64,000 nt of DNA from assembly GCA_038087875.1 (NCBI GenBank), contig CM075997.1, positions 3,040,001 to 3,104,000 on the forward strand. The letters are read 5' to 3'. A model generated the notes under the pieces. The model was not told the DNA's origin. It saw nothing but the letters and a program-made list of their open reading frames with translations, and ran no database searches. Shown here piece by piece: positions 1 through 13,986 of this stretch (the stretch's first letter is position 1; the number at the start of each line of letters is the position of its first letter). Origin of the DNA: Malacoraja senta. Lineage: Eukaryota. The translations under genes and the position numbers were made by a program.

Positions 1-83
1 GAGTAACTCAGCGGGTCAGGCAGATTCTGAACAGACTCTGCAGAAAAGGAATAGGTGACATTTCGGGTCTCAACCCTGATTCA

Positions 84-416
84 AGGGCCTGTCCCACTGT
101 ACGAGGTAATTCAAGAGTTCTCCCGAGTTCTCCCCTGATTTGAGTTCGGGTAATGTACGTAGTGGGTACGTAGCGGCTCATACGAGTAAAAAGTAAAACA
201 AATTTCATCACAAGTATTTTTTTACTCGTGGCCATTTTTCAGTGTTGAAAAAACGTCACGAGTTTACCGGATTTCCCGAGGACCTACTATTACTCGTACG
301 AGCCGCTACGTGACATCCACGAGCTCCTACGTACCTGCTACGTACATTACAAAAGCTCAAATCAGGGGAGAACTGGGGAGAACTCTTGAATTACCTTGTA
401 CAGTGGGACAGGCGCT
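84..416. mobile_element. PIF/Harbinger-like MITE inserted in a Penelope-derived unit
   Basis: TIR AGGGCCTGTCCCACTGTAC... / ...GTACAGTGGGACAGGCGCT with long inverted arms; 3-bp TSD TCA (81-83, 417-419). Confidence 0.8.
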
Positions 417-1161
417 TCAGTCTGAAGAAGGATCTCGACTCGAAACATCACCTATTCCTTTTCTCCAGAGATGCTGCCTGACCTGCTGAGATACTCCAGC
501 TTTTTGTGTCTAGCCTGATTATATCATTCAACCAGGCCCTCTCCTTTCCACATCCATACATGACTGTTCCACTGCAACCGAATAACCATCCGACCTTCTG
601 CGCTCGTGAAAAGATGTACAAAGCTTTTCCTCTTAATGTGGTGAACGCTCTTACTGTGACATGGCGTCCAAAAGCAAACTTTACCTGACAAATCAGAATA
701 AGAACTTTAATGCTGTTCCCAAGGTGCAAGAGACCATGCCTACTATTTCACTTCAGCATCTACATCCAAGTCCCTGCATGAAAGAAATGGCACTGCAGCC
801 CACACATTACACTTGTTCTCTCTGCCCTTCCATGCCTCAAACAGAAGTAGCACAGTAAAATCCACCTGGAAAGGTGGAAAATGGGAAATAAACTGAGTCC
901 ACCTCAAGTGACTCAAGTAAAGATTTTCACTGTACCTCGGAACACGTGATAATAAATCAAACTAAGTGCAATGATGCCTAGAATTTAGCAAGGAGGTACA
1001 AATTTAGAGTTTCTGAGCAACAGAAATGCCAGCCGAAGACTCACTCAACCCTGGAACAAAGAGAGATCCTATTCCCAGACCAAAATCGTGCTCAGTGCAC
1101 AAACAATTAAATGAGTAAGCAATCCTGCATCTTTTGGGGCTTTGGTTCAGAAACTGATCTA

Positions 1162-2754
1162 CAGTGCATTCAGAAAGTATTCAGACCCCTTCACTTTTTT
1201 CCACATTTTGTTACGCTACAGCCTTATTCTAAAATGGATTTAATTTTTTTTTATTATTATCAATCTACACACAATACCCCATAACAAAAAAGCGAAAACA
1301 GGTGTTTAGAAATTTTTGCAAAGTAATTAAAAAGAAATAACTGAAATATCACATTGACATAAGTATTCAGACCCCTTACTCAGTACTTTGTTGAGGCACC
1401 TTTGGCAGCGATTACAGCCTCAAGTCTTCTTGGGTTTGACGCTACAAGCTTGGCACACCTGAATTTAGGTAACTCTCCCATTCTTCTTTGCAGATCCTCT
1501 CAAGCTCTGCAGGTTGGATGGGGAGTGTCAATGCAGTTATTTTCAGGTCCCGCCAGAGATGTTTGATCGGGTTCAAGTCCGGGCTCTGGCTAGGCCATTC
1601 AAGGACATTCACAGACTTGTCACAAAGCCACTCCTGCGTTGTCTTGGCTGTGTGCTTAGGGTCATTGTCCTGTTGGAAGGTGAACCTCTCCCCCAGTCTG
1701 AGGTCCAGAATGCTCTGGAGCAGGTTTTCATCAAGGATCTCTCTGTACTTTGCTCCGTTTATGTTTCCCTTGATTCTGACTAATCTCCCAGTTCATGCCA
1801 CTGAAAAACATCCCCACAGCATGATGCTGCCACCACCATGCTTCACCGTGATGAGCAGTGCCTGGTTTCCTCAAGACGTGACACTTAGCATTCAGGCCAA
1901 AGAGTTCAATCTTGGTTTCATCAGACCAGAGAATCTTGTTTCTCATGGTCTGAGAGTCCTTTAGGTGTCGTTTGGCAAACTCCAAGTGGGCTATCATGTG
2001 CCTTTTCCTGAGGAGTGGCTTCCGTCTGGCCACTCTACCATAAAGGCCTGATTGGTGGAGTGCTGCAGATATAGTTATCCTTCTGGAAGGTTCTCCCATC
2101 TCCACAGAGAAACTCTGGAGCTCTGTCAGATTAACCATAGGGTTCTTGGTCACCTACCTGAGCAAGGCCCTTTCCCCCCGATTGCTCAGTTTGGCCTGGT
2201 GGTTCCAAAGTTCTTCCATTTAAGAATGACGGAGGCCACTCTGCTCTTCGGGACCTGCAATGCTGCAGAAATTGTTTTATACCCTTCCCCACATCTGTGT
2301 CTCGACACAATCCTGTCTAGGAGGTCTACGGACAATTCCTTCATCTTCATGGCTTGGATTTTGCTCTGACATGCACTGTCAACTGTGGGACCTTATAGAG
2401 ACAGGTGTGTGTCTTTCCAAATCATGTCCAATCAATTTGATTTACCACTGGTGGACTCCAATCAAGTTGTAGAAACATCTCAAGGATAATCAATGAAAAC
2501 AGGATGAACCGAAGCTCAATTTTAAGTGTCATAGCAAAGGGTCTGAATACTTATGTAAATGTGATATTTCAGTTATTTCTTTTCAATTACTTTGCAAAGA
2601 TTTCTAAACACCTGTTTTCACTTTTTTATTATGGGATATTGTGTGTAGATTGATGATATAAAAAAAAAAAGAATTTAATCCATTTTAGAATAAGGCTGTA
2701 ACGTAACAAAATGTGGAAAAAGTGAAGGGGTCTGAATACTTTCTGAATGCACTG
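1162..2754 (-). mobile_element. Tc1-family DNA transposon (long IR/DR-type TIRs), degenerate transposase
   Basis: ~210-bp TIRs starting CAGTGCATTCAGAAAGTATTCAGACCCC with an inner repeat of AAGTATTCAGACCC; TA on the left (right side reads TT); minus-strand transposase pieces (GRVARRKPLL, ILWSDETK) with deletions and frameshifts. Confidence 0.92.
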
Positions 2755-2882
2755 TTTACTGAAATGCAACGAGAAGGCTGTTTTGGAGGTTATCAAAGCA
2801 AAAGGGATTTGCAAGGGGAGTGACAACACAAAGCACTCACGATGAGTGTGTAGCCGTGAGCACGACTGCGCAATAGTCTTAC

Positions 2883-2918
2883 CCCTAAACGGCATCAATA
2901 GACGTTTCTTCATAGTGC
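2883..2918 (-). CDS. MTA1: MTA1 exon: GTMKKRLLMPFR
   Basis: 36 nt; taccag acceptor, gtaaga donor; phase 1-1; matches MTA1 GNMKKRLLMPSRG. Confidence 0.88.
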
Positions 2919-3416
2919 CTGGTAAACAAGGACCAACAGACAGTGATGAAGAACAATATAGAACATCACATTCAGTTAAGCTGAGATACAATCATACTAC
3001 AGTAGGCATGGTTGGACCATTTAGCACACCATTGTTAAGGAGGAGTCCTCTGTCTTGTCCCTCGGCTCTGTAGCACGAGTTCCCAGGAAACCAAGCAACG
3101 TAATGGGACACCAGTTAAAAAAGGCAACATGATATGTCGCCAAAGAGGAAAAGCATATCCCAAGTAGAATATGCTCCATTACTGCAGGCTATGTTGTACA
3201 TAGCTCAACTGGGGCAGGAGCTCATACATAGTCTCAAGATTTAATTTGAAGGCAGCATAAACAGGTTATGGCCATGTCAACTTTTGTTACATCTCAAGTG
3301 CATACATTTCCTCTTCTACTTTGCAGAATGAGGTTACAGTGAGAAGAACATGGAATCAGATCTCAGATTATTGGATGGGTAATCGAGTGTGATCATTCTG
3401 TGTGATATATACTGAC

Positions 3417-3560
3417 CATCAATGCCGTTGTGCTGCTCATAGCCACGTTTGCCCAGAATTGTTGGAGAGCCATGGTTCAGGACAGGGGGCATCTTCGCAG
3501 GAGTCACACCGCCTGCATGCATGGCAAGACTAGGGGCAGTCTTAATAGGTGGGTGAAGTT
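3417..3560 (-). CDS. MTA1: MTA1 exon: ELHPPIKTAPSLAMHAGGVTPAKMPPVLNHGSPTILGKRGYEQHNGID
   Basis: 144 nt; ctgcag acceptor, gtcagt donor; phase 1-1. Confidence 0.9.
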
Positions 3561-3717
3561 CTGCAGAATAGAAGAATGTGACATGTTTAACTTACTTGCA
3601 GCACAAACCCACAGACGTTTGCTGTGGTACAACCACACACTACATCCATATCATAAAGAAGGGTCTCGACCCGAAACGTCATCTATTCCTTCACTCCAGA
3701 GATGCTGCCTCACCCGC

Positions 3718-3861
3718 AAGTGGGGTGGGAGATTGTAACCTTCACGTGGTCTGCCCTGCTTCGACGAATGCAATCAACCCGGCGTGCACAATCAAATAAG
3801 ATCAAATAGAACAAGTTGTCCTACCACTTTAGGCTGTGCACGCCATACGCAAGAAGAGAAG
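3718..3861 (+). mobile_element. Short non-LTR retroelement 3' end with (AAG)-like tail, nested in a Penelope-derived unit
   Basis: Interrupts ...CCTCACCCGC|TGAG...; ACCCGC duplicated at 3712-3717 and 3862-3867; ends GCACGCCATACGC-AAGAAGAGAAG. Confidence 0.55.
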
Positions 3862-5474
3862 ACCCGCTGAGTTTTTCCAGCATTTTTGTCTACCTTCCAT
3901 ATCATAAGGTCATAAGTGATAGGAACAGAATTAGGCCATTCGGCCCATCAAGTCTACTCCATAATTCAATTATGGCTGATCTATCTCTCCCACCAACCCC
4001 ATTCTCCTGCCTTCTCTCATAACCTCTGACACCCTTACTAATCAATCTTCCTAAGTTCTAAAGAGGAGCCAGGTTTCTTTCCACAGATGCCATCTGATCT
4101 GCTGTGCTTCCAGCATTTTATATTCTTATTTTGGATTTCCAACATTTGCAGGCTTGTTGGTTTTCATCAATGCTTGTTGGTTTAGTCATTGAACATGGAA
4201 ACAGATCCGTCTGTCCACCATTTGCATGCCTCCCATCTATATTAATCTTATTTTCCAGCATTTGGCCTGCAGTCTTCTATGCCATAGTGCCTCATGTAAT
4301 CATCGAAAGGAGCGTTGTGAGGGGATTTTCCTCCACTACTTTCATCGAATGCTTTCCAAATGTCAACCATCCTATGGGTCAAATATTTACCTCATATCCC
4401 CTCTAAAACACCTACCCCTTATCTTAAGCCAATGCTATAGACGTCTCTGCTGAGGGGAAACATGTCTCTCAACCTACCCTATCTAAGTCTCTCATAATAT
4501 CATGTTACACCATCAGATGCCACTCAGCTTTCTCTGCTCCAAGGAAGACAAATGCAGAACTTGGAGACCTTTGAACGATCTTTAATCAGACTTCATCTTG
4601 CACTAAATGCTGTATCCTTTATCTGTACACTGTAGACGGCTTGAATGTAATCACATACAGTATTTTCTTTTATTGGATAGCAGGCAAACAAAAGCTTTTC
4701 TATGTGACAATAATAAACGTAACGAAACTACAGCCTATTCAATCTCTCCTCATAGCTGAAAAGATTTAGCCCACGCAACATCCTGGTGAATGAAAATGTT
4801 AAAAGAAATCTAAAGATGCTGCAAATCCGAACAGAAATAGCAAATGCTGGAAAAACTCAGTACATCAGAGTAAGACAGCATGGAAACATCCCCTTCATCC
4901 CAAATTGCCCCGTGCCAACCAAGATGCTCCATCTACACTAGTCCCACTTGCCTGGGTTTGGCTCACAGCTCTCTAAACCTTTCCTCTCAGTGTACCCAAA
5001 TGACTTTTAAATGTTGTTAATGGTGTCTGAAAAATGTTGCCAGAGCTCCAACTATTTCCCTTGTATCTGGGATACATCTCATCATGTCCTGGAGATTTAA
5101 CCACCTCTAAGCCTACTGAGATGTTTAATAGCTTCTCCTCTGATGGTAAATTAGTCTGGAACTCCACTGGGCAACTGCAAAGTCATTCTCCATAGTGATC
5201 CCCAAGGACCTTTCCCTGGTTACTTACTTACTACCTAATATACGTACATACATGCTTTGGGATTTTCCTTAATCCATGCCAGCCTGTCATATACTCTCTT
5301 CACTTTCCTTGTTACTTTCTTGATTACCCCTCTATGCTTTTTGCACTCTAGCTCAGCCTCACCAGCTTTGTTCTCTAAACCTGCCAAAAGCTACCTTTTT
5401 CAAAACCACATTCACCTCTGAATTCCAATTCATTTTCATTTGAATGATTGGAAGTAAAATGGGAAGCTGGGCGT

Positions 5475-6095
5475 CAGAAACAGTACATAGAAAGTACAGC
5501 ACAGGAACAGGCCCTTCGGTCTACATTGTCCAGACCGATCATGACGCCGTTAAATAATCTCCTCTGCCTGCACGTGATTCATATCCCTCCATTCTCTGCA
5601 TGTCCATGCCTGTCCAAAAGCCTCTTATATACCACTATCATATCCGCCTCCACCACTATCACTGGCAGCACTTTCAGCCACCCATCATTTGTGTTAAACT
5701 TGCCCCGCACTTCTCCTTTAAACTTTGCCCCTCTGGTCTTTGACATTTCTACCCTTGGAAAACGATCCTGACCCTCTACCTGATCTATGCCTCTCATAAC
5801 TTTATAAACTTCTCTCCGGTCTCCACTCAGCTTCCAATGCTCCAGAGATGATGAGCACAGCTGCCTTCCAAGGGTGGTGACTCTGTAGAATTAATTGCCA
5901 CAGACGGCTGTGGAGGCCAAGTAATTCGGTAATTTTAAAGCAGAGATTGACAGATTCTTGATTAGTAAGGGTGCCAGAGGTTATGGGGAGAAGGCAGGAG
6001 AATGGGGTTGAGCGGGAAAGATAGATCAGCCCCGATTGAATGGTGGAGTAGACTTGATGGGCCGAATGGCCTAATTCTGCTCATATGACTTATGA
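5475..6095. mobile_element. Two adjacent CR1-type LINE 3' fragments in opposite orientation (approximate bounds)
   Basis: Minus piece encodes MRGIDQV...TRGAKFK; plus piece has the CR1-type 3' UTR (gggccgaatggcct...). Confidence 0.75.
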
Positions 6096-6425
6096 ACAGT
6101 CAGCCCGGGATCGATGTTTGCAGAAATAAAAGAAACTGTAGGAAAGACTCGGTCATTGGTGATTTGGTTGGCGGTGATGACCAATCTCATAGCAATTTGA
6201 ACATTTTTAGCTAACAGACAACACATTTATCTCATCAGTCCTCAACGGTTCAGAAGCAGGCTCTCAGATACGATTAATCACCACCTTAATGTGCCAGGAC
6301 TATACGCACAACCACTGCCGCCCACTCCTCCACCCCAACAAGACATATCAACATATGTGAAACTCTGTAGTAATCATCCGTGATTACAGAATAGAATGTG
6401 AATCTGTGCAGACGCGACTGCTTAC

Positions 6426-6515
6426 CCAAGTATTTCACTATAGTTTCCAGGGACTTCCTGATGATGGGTTTGAGTTTAACCAATTTCTCTCCGATTTCTG
6501 GCAGCCTGGCAGTGC
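6426..6515 (-). CDS. MTA1: MTA1 exon: CTARLPEIGEKLVKLKPIIRKSLETIVKYL
   Basis: 90 nt; tcgtag acceptor, gtaagc donor; phase 1-1. Confidence 0.92.
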
Positions 6516-7567
6516 CTACGAGAATCAGAACAAACCATTAGCACAACCAAGGAACAGCAACTGTTAAATTAATTCCATCCCCCGCCCAATACTTAACCAC
6601 AAGATGAGATCACATTCAACATGTAGGAAGACAAACATGAAACCAGACATAGCTTGACGTTAGAATAGTTTAAATGCACAGAAACTGTTCATGATGGTAT
6701 TTGTATTCCATCTGATTCTCTTTCAGCTTTTCTCATCTAAACCGATTAGCACATCCCTCTATTCCCTTCTCCAACACAAACTTCTCTTGCTGCCGATCAA
6801 ATGTACCTGAACCGTTTGCTTCAATCACTTCCTGTATAAACAAGTTCCACTTTCACGCCACTCTTTGGGTAGAGAATTTTTTTTCTGAATTCCCAACTGG
6901 ATTTCTTGATGGCTCCACTACAGTGACCTCTAGCTGGGCTCCTCTACACAAGTGGAAGGGTTGAGTATCCACACTATTGAAACCTCACATCATTTCAAAC
7001 CGTCAGGCTTCTCTTCTCGAAATAAGAGACCCACTTTGTTCATCCTTTCCCAGTTATGTAAACCCTCATATTTCTAGCATCCTCTTACATCTTTGCTGTG
7101 CATCTATATTCTTTTTGTAAAGTACCAACTGGAACGGAACACAGTTCTCCAATGTTGTCTGATGAAGCCAGGATTCTGATTTATTTTAACCTTCCTTCTT
7201 TTCAATTCACGAGTTGCTCAGTTTTCATTTCTTAGTGTCCTTGGTAAACTGTGGCACAACTATTTTGTACTCCAGAAACCCTTTGTTCCTTTAATTCACC
7301 TTGATTTGCACCTTCCTATTCTTCCTACAGAGTGTAACGTTTCACTCATTACTTATGAATTATTTGCCAATTCAGCAATTCATTAAGCATCTCTTGTAAT
7401 CTTGCAATCCTCTGACTTGTGTCACAGAGTGCTGTACAGCAAATAAAGTTGATATATTTATGGACTTCAAAAGACAGATGATAAAAACCCTAATATGTGG
7501 CCATGGTATAACAGCCAGTAGCATTGATAAAATGAATGGTTAACAAAAACAGGGCAGCAGGGTAATT

Positions 7568-8167
7568 GAAGGTAGACAAAAATGCTGGAGAAACTCAGCA
7601 GGTGAGGCAGCATCTATGGAGTGAAGGAAATAGGCAGCGTTTCGGGCCGAAACCTTTCTTCAGACCATAAATGGGAAGCTGGGAAAGGTTGTTTATGAGT
7701 GGAGGGAAATGTACCATGGAATTCCCCAGGGTCAGAAGTAAGACCACTGCTTTTTTCACTCTACTTCAATGATGTGGTCTTGAGTGCAAATTTCCCTAAT
7801 TTGCGGATGATACATAGTCTGGAGGCATTGTGAATTGTGAGGAGACTTCAAGGAGATGTAAAGGGACTGGTGAAATGGTCAGACAGGTCGCACTTGAAAT
7901 TTAATGCTGCAAAATGTGAAATGTTACATTTTGGTCAGATGAGAAGAAGCAATATAACTTGGAGGGCTCAAGGACAGAGAGATCTAGGGTTAGAAACAAA
8001 ATGCTGGAGTAACTCAGCGGGATAGGCAGCATCTCTGGTCGAGACCTTTCTTCAGAGGCCAACTCGACCCGAAACGTCGCCCATTCCTTCTATCCAGAGA
8101 TGCTGCCTGTCCCGCTGAGTTACTCCAGCATTTTGTGTCCATCTTTGGTTTAAACCAGCATCAGCAG
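7568..8167 (+). repeat. Composite segment (Penelope unit + old CR1 + Penelope hairpin) duplicated at 63375-64000
   Basis: Collinear high-identity match by eye, including the same unique TE-TE junctions. Confidence 0.9.
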
Positions 8168-11100
8168 TTCCTTCCTACGACAAGAAATCTAGGGGTATAT
8201 GGGCACAGTTTATCGAAGGTAGCCAGGCAGAATGAGAAAATGGTTAAATGCAGAAAATACTAGAAACACTCAGCAGGTCAAACAGCATCTGTGGAAAGAG
8301 AAACAGTTTCACTAACATTTTGACACTGTATCTTCCCAGAGATGCTACTCTGCTGCATGTTTCCAGCATTCTATTTCAGATTTGCAGCAGTGGCAGAAGC
8401 TTTTTTGATTATTAAAATACAAAAGTCGACTCAAATCGACACAACAGGAATTTTATGCCCAGTTCAGCACATTTAAAGATGTGGAAGACAAGGCAGGGTG
8501 CAAAGGGAATCGATGTTGGGGGGGGGGGGGGGGGGGGGGTGGGAACGACAAAAGGAGGAGCCGGCTTGCTTTGTAACTTTGTCAACGCTGTAGGTGGCCG
8601 CTATTTGTATACATTGGGTTTGCAAGCATCAAATTTCACTGTACCTCGCCACTTGTGACAATAAAGTATTCCATTCCGAGGTGAGAGATTTCCGTGTGTG
8701 GGTATGCGGAAGATGGGACTGTTCCTTCCCCCAGAAACAAAGTGCTGCGAGGGAATCGGATGGGGTATTGAAAACAGACAAGGGTAAAAACGGAGGGAGA
8801 AATGTTTCCCGTCGACACAGGGGGCAGGAACCAGGAGATGGTGCTTGGCAAAAGAACCAACAGCGATATGCAGAGAAATTGTGTTTTGCACAACAAATGG
8901 TTACGGTTTGCAATGCGCTGCTGAAATAGTGGAGACAGAATCAACTGCAGCGTATACAAGGGAGCAGGTTATGTACCCAAAAGAAAACACCAGGGAGAGA
9001 GCAGAGGAGTGGGACTAGAGGGATTACGGAGCTGTTTCGGGCTTGATGCCCCAATAGCTTCCTTTTAAGTAACTGGTAGGATTTTGTCTTGGCTAGCCTC
9101 TTTCCCCCCGCTCCCCCACCCCATCTTAATTTAACACCATCTGAGAATTTAACATCTGTATTTTCGATTTCAAACTTTAATCCTGTAAATAGTGAATAGC
9201 TGTGATCCAGCACTGACCCATCTTCCACATGAATAACTTTCCTCACCTCCCAAGCTCGGCCTTCTGTGCTGAAGCCAGCTATCAATCCGTTCTGCTGATA
9301 TGATCCAATACTAATTTGTCTTTTCAAAAACGTCTTTTACAATCTACATACATTCAAATGGGTCAGGCAAAGCCGTTTTTCCCCTCCTTTGGTTATCCAT
9401 GCTAACTGTTCATCATTGCCCTTCAGTTTTCAGTTATTCTTCCAATCTCTGGTCAGAATTTCATTATTTTTCTTTACTGATATTAATCTGACGTCTATAA
9501 TTTCATTTACAGGCTATGCCCATTCTTAACCATGGGTCTGTAACTGCTATCTGCCAGTCCTCTGGCATTACAGCTAATAAATTGCTTCAACTACCTCTTC
9601 CATTGATTCTTGTAATCCATCTGGGCCAGGGATGGTTTCCTGAGTTTAGTTTAGTTAATTTATTGTATTTTAAATTAATTTTGTCTCCTAATTTATGGTA
9701 CCTGTTCTAATTCCCTGGTAAATATCAGTGCAAAATAACTTAATATTTTGGCATGTTTAAATCGAAGGTAGACAAAAATGCTGGAGAAACTCAGCGGGTG
9801 AGGCAGCATCTATGGAGCGAAGGAATAGATGACGCCACCTATTCCTTCGCTCCATAGATGCGGTCTCACCCACTGAGTTTCTCCAGCATTTTTGTCTACC
9901 TTTAATATTTCGGCAAGTCCCTATTGTTACCTATTGTATTGTTCAGTCTATCTCTAATGTCTGGATTCCCATCCCAACTTCCTGCATTTTATTTATGTGG
10001 CTAGAAACTATTTCATGGTTTTGTTTTATGTTCATTAATAATTTCATCATTTTCTTCGTTTTATAGATTATTCTCACCCCTTCAGGTCTTCTCATCATGT
10101 ATTCTGTGGTATTCTTGACATATTTCACCCTTGCGCTTAAAGGCGCCTCTATGTCTCTGTATCCATGGAACGTTATACATGTTTAATTTGGTATTTTCTT
10201 TTAGTGGAATATACAATCTATGATGGCGCAAACAGCTATAGAAAACATTTTAAATGTTTGTCTATAGCTGCTGTCCAATATTATTACCCATATTCATGCT
10301 TCAGTACTAGACCCATTAACAAATAGTCCTTATTTAACTAATTAGGTCAGAAAAATATCCGGCACACACATTTGCCCGGTTCACTTTACCCAACGCTCCT
10401 GTTCAATAAATATCAGGGGGTGATGAGAAAATAAAATTCCATTCATTTTCCTACGGAGAAGCTACTCAACTTAAGACTTTACTAGTGTAGACCACTTAGG
10501 CAAAGAGGAAATCACAGAATAAACATAGTCATTTTGACAAGTTTTATTTCCACAGTTATCCATTTGCCATGATACGGTACAGAGCATAACACAGTGGCTG
10601 CATGTTGACCAATGGTAGGAATTAAATAATGCAGGGCAATGACTTTTAGAGCAGAGAGGTAATGTACACAAGAGAGAGCTACCCTAAAATCAAAAATGAG
10701 AGGAAAGCAGGGAGAATAAATCTTAGTTCAGAAAATGAGTCTGGCTAAGAGACAAAGAGCAGAAAAAATGAGGAGTGAAGATTGTAGGTTCTCAGATAGT
10801 AATTGTGCTACATGAGCAAGAATGTAACAAATGTTACGCAAAACATTTTGGAAAAAATCTCCATAGAAAACCAATGACATTTGATGAGTAGGTTGAGGGG
10901 GGATTCATGGAATGCATGCAAGGTGGATTTCTGCAACAGTGCAATGTGGAATCATCTATGGAATAGGGCATTTTGGCGCCATTGTGGAGTCTTAAAATAG
11001 CAATCTTCTCAAAGTCTGTAGGGAATTGTGACCGTATTATGAAAGAATGTTATAACAAGTTTCAGAGTGATTTGAGTAAACCTATAACTACAATCCTCAA

Positions 11101-12935
11101 TTTAAAGAAAATCAGATGAATTGTACAAAATGGATTAGAAAAATGACAGCGAATATTTTAAAAAATTAATTTACAAAGAATGCACAATCTGTTAAGGTTC
11201 AATTTTCCACTGGGAGAATATACAGCTGCCACCAATTCAAGAATGGTTTGTCATAAGAGGTGACATTTCAATACATATTGTAATAAATAGGATTAAACCC
11301 AAGTTGTGCATGTTTAAAAAAATATATCAAAGGTTGTCCAATAATCTGTTGGAAAAACAGTGAATAACTTAACAAGCAATTAAAAAAAAACTACAAGGGA
11401 TTGTATAGTTGCTACAACAGTGACATTGGACAAAGAGTCTACCTTCACAATAGTAAACACAAAAAACATAGCTAAAATTATGGGAACTGAGCATCTCATG
11501 AGAATGAGAAACTTAAAAGTAAATCGATTTAAATAAGAAAAGTATTTCAGAAATTAATGAAAGGTAGACAAAAATGCTGGAGAAACTCAGCGGGTGAGGC
11601 AGCATCTATGGAGCGAAGGAATGGGTGACGTTTCGGGTCGAGACCCTTCTTCAGACTGAAATGAATGAGATTACTAATAAGAAAATTACTTCAGAGATTG
11701 AGATTACAAGGCACTAAATTCCATCTGACTCTGAAAGCTGATTATGGTTTCTAAATTCTATGAGGTCCCTTTGACATGGAAGGCAAGTCCTGTTCTGCAA
11801 GAGTAGGAAGGAGAAGCAAGAAGCCAGAGGTCAGATAATCAGCAGAGAAAAGACTAAGATCCTATAAACATTATGATAACAGGCTACTTGGGAGAAAGAT
11901 CATGACCAAACCATGTGAAATGATGGCTATTGCAGTTTTGTGGTGAGGATGTAATTAGCAGGCGACCAGAGCCACTGTTAACCAGTGAATGGAAAATACT
12001 GGAATTTTAAGTAGTTTCTCAGATACTTTGTCACACAGACATTTCTGCACCCAATAGGAATTCAAAGGGTTGGTGATTTTATATTAACAAAGAATACAAA
12101 TCGATTGAAGGACAGAAGGTAGAGGGTGGAATCAATCGGTCATTTTGGAATGACAAGTGCTTGTTAAATGAAAGCTATTTACAATTTATCAACAACCCAA
12201 AATGAAGGGGACCACATTTCTCTTTGATGGTAATACGAGTCCAGAAGTAAAAGATGAGGAAAATGCAAAGAGGCTGCAAGTGGGCAGTATGTGAAGTTAT
12301 CCACTTTAATAGAAAGTAGGGAAAATCAGAATATTTAAAAATATTAGAGATGAGAAAAGTTTGCTATGCCAAAGAATTTGGAGATCCCTTTGCTTGAATT
12401 ACAGAAACACGCAGGTGACATCAAGTGAATAGAAAGGTAATTTTCTGCTGGACTGCCATTTGGGAGTTGAAGTATAACAAAATCAACATTATGCTGCAAT
12501 TATGCAGGACTTTGGTGAGGCCACACCAGGAGTACTGCATATAGTTTTGGACCCCTCATGGAAGGAAAGATGTACTTGTTTTGGAAGGCGCAAAACGAAC
12601 GTTGAACAGATTGATACCTGGAATGAGAGGGTTGCACAATGAGGAGACACTGCATAGGATGCATGTATGTACAAGAACACAATAGGAGCAGGAACAGGCC
12701 ATCTGGCTCTGAGCCTGCACCACCGACCATGGCAATCTGTCTCGCAGTGCCATATACTAGCAATATCATCTCATCCCGCGATTCTCTTCATGATCAGAGG
12801 TCTACCCATGTATTAAGAATGAACTGACTGAGCCTGCAGAGCTGCAATGGGAAGAGAATTTCAAAGGTTCATTGCCTTCGAGTGAAGATATTTTTCTTCA
12901 TCTATGTCCTCTTGAGACCTGGACTCTCCAGTCAG

Positions 12936-13986
12936 TAGCGATGTTACAATACCTACCTTCAGTGGCGCTGCAGTTCTGCCACCGGCCGTGTGCGCGACTT
13001 TGGCGCCTTTGAGGGGAGGGGGGGGGCGGGATTAAAATGCCGTTTTCTCCTGCCTGTCGTAGGCAAACTTCCTCGGGCTGCCAGCTGATGCAGAAAAATC
13101 GTTCCGACTTCCGTTCTCGGAATTTTTTTATTTTTTTTAAATCGCTGGACAATTTAATCGCCGGAGTAAAATAAAAAGCTACTTCTAACGCCCTCAACAC
13201 CTACAACGGGACGGATCTCAAGTAGGGGACAAAACACGGGGTAAGTCGTTTATTTTAGATATAAACTTGCTTCTTAGGATGACCTTAATCAAAATTTACT
13301 TGGCGAAAATGTGATTTTGGCCCCATACGAACCGGCAGTGTTTTTCCTGCCGATATGGGGTTCAAATTCACCGCAACCGCAACGTTCCAATCGATCGCGT
13401 TCCACAAAAACCCAATCGCAAGATGATTTAAATGCCCATTAATTTACGGGAATTAAATGATTAAATTCCTTCCATTTGCCCTATAAATTCATGACAATGA
13501 GATTTAAAAATCATGTTACATTATAAATTCTTGTGTGAATGTTATTTGGACACTTAGGCTATTTAAAATTGATAACCTTTTCTTAAGAAATGGATAGATG
13601 TTTAGATCTAGTAATTGAATTTTGTAATTAGCTACAATTAGGTAGCTAACTAATTATATGCTTTAATTTCAGGTCATCCAAGTAAGATTGTTTCATATTT
13701 GTTTCAGAATGCTTCAATCTATAACTGAAAATTTCATTCAGTTCTCTTAATTTTTAAGAAAGTTGTGGGCTTTTGACTGTCCTCGATCACAGCTTTTGAG
13801 TTAAGTCAATGGAAAAGCAATAGGGAACAAGATGCTAATTTCCGAGTATGAAAATGGCCATAACTTTTTAAATACTGAAGATATGAAAGTGAATTAGGTG
13901 TCAAATTAAACTTCTTTTGATGCTTTATCTGATGGGATAAATTGCAGACTTGATTTTCAAAATCTCAAAATTTTGTAACATTGCTA
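12936..13986. mobile_element. Non-autonomous TIR DNA transposon (hAT-like), ~1.05 kb
   Basis: TIRs TAGCGATGTTACAA / TTGTAACATTGCTA; flanking direct repeat CAGTCAG (12929-12935, 13987-13993); inserted in a CR1 fragment. Confidence 0.8.

Noticed and set aside
1488..1964. 158-aa plus-strand ORF
   Set aside because: It is the antisense frame of the Tc1 transposase, a common artefact.
8455..9327. Cluster of overlapping 67-128 aa ORFs
   Set aside because: No recognisable domains or splice-consistent structure; overlaps poly-G and LINE-tail fragments.
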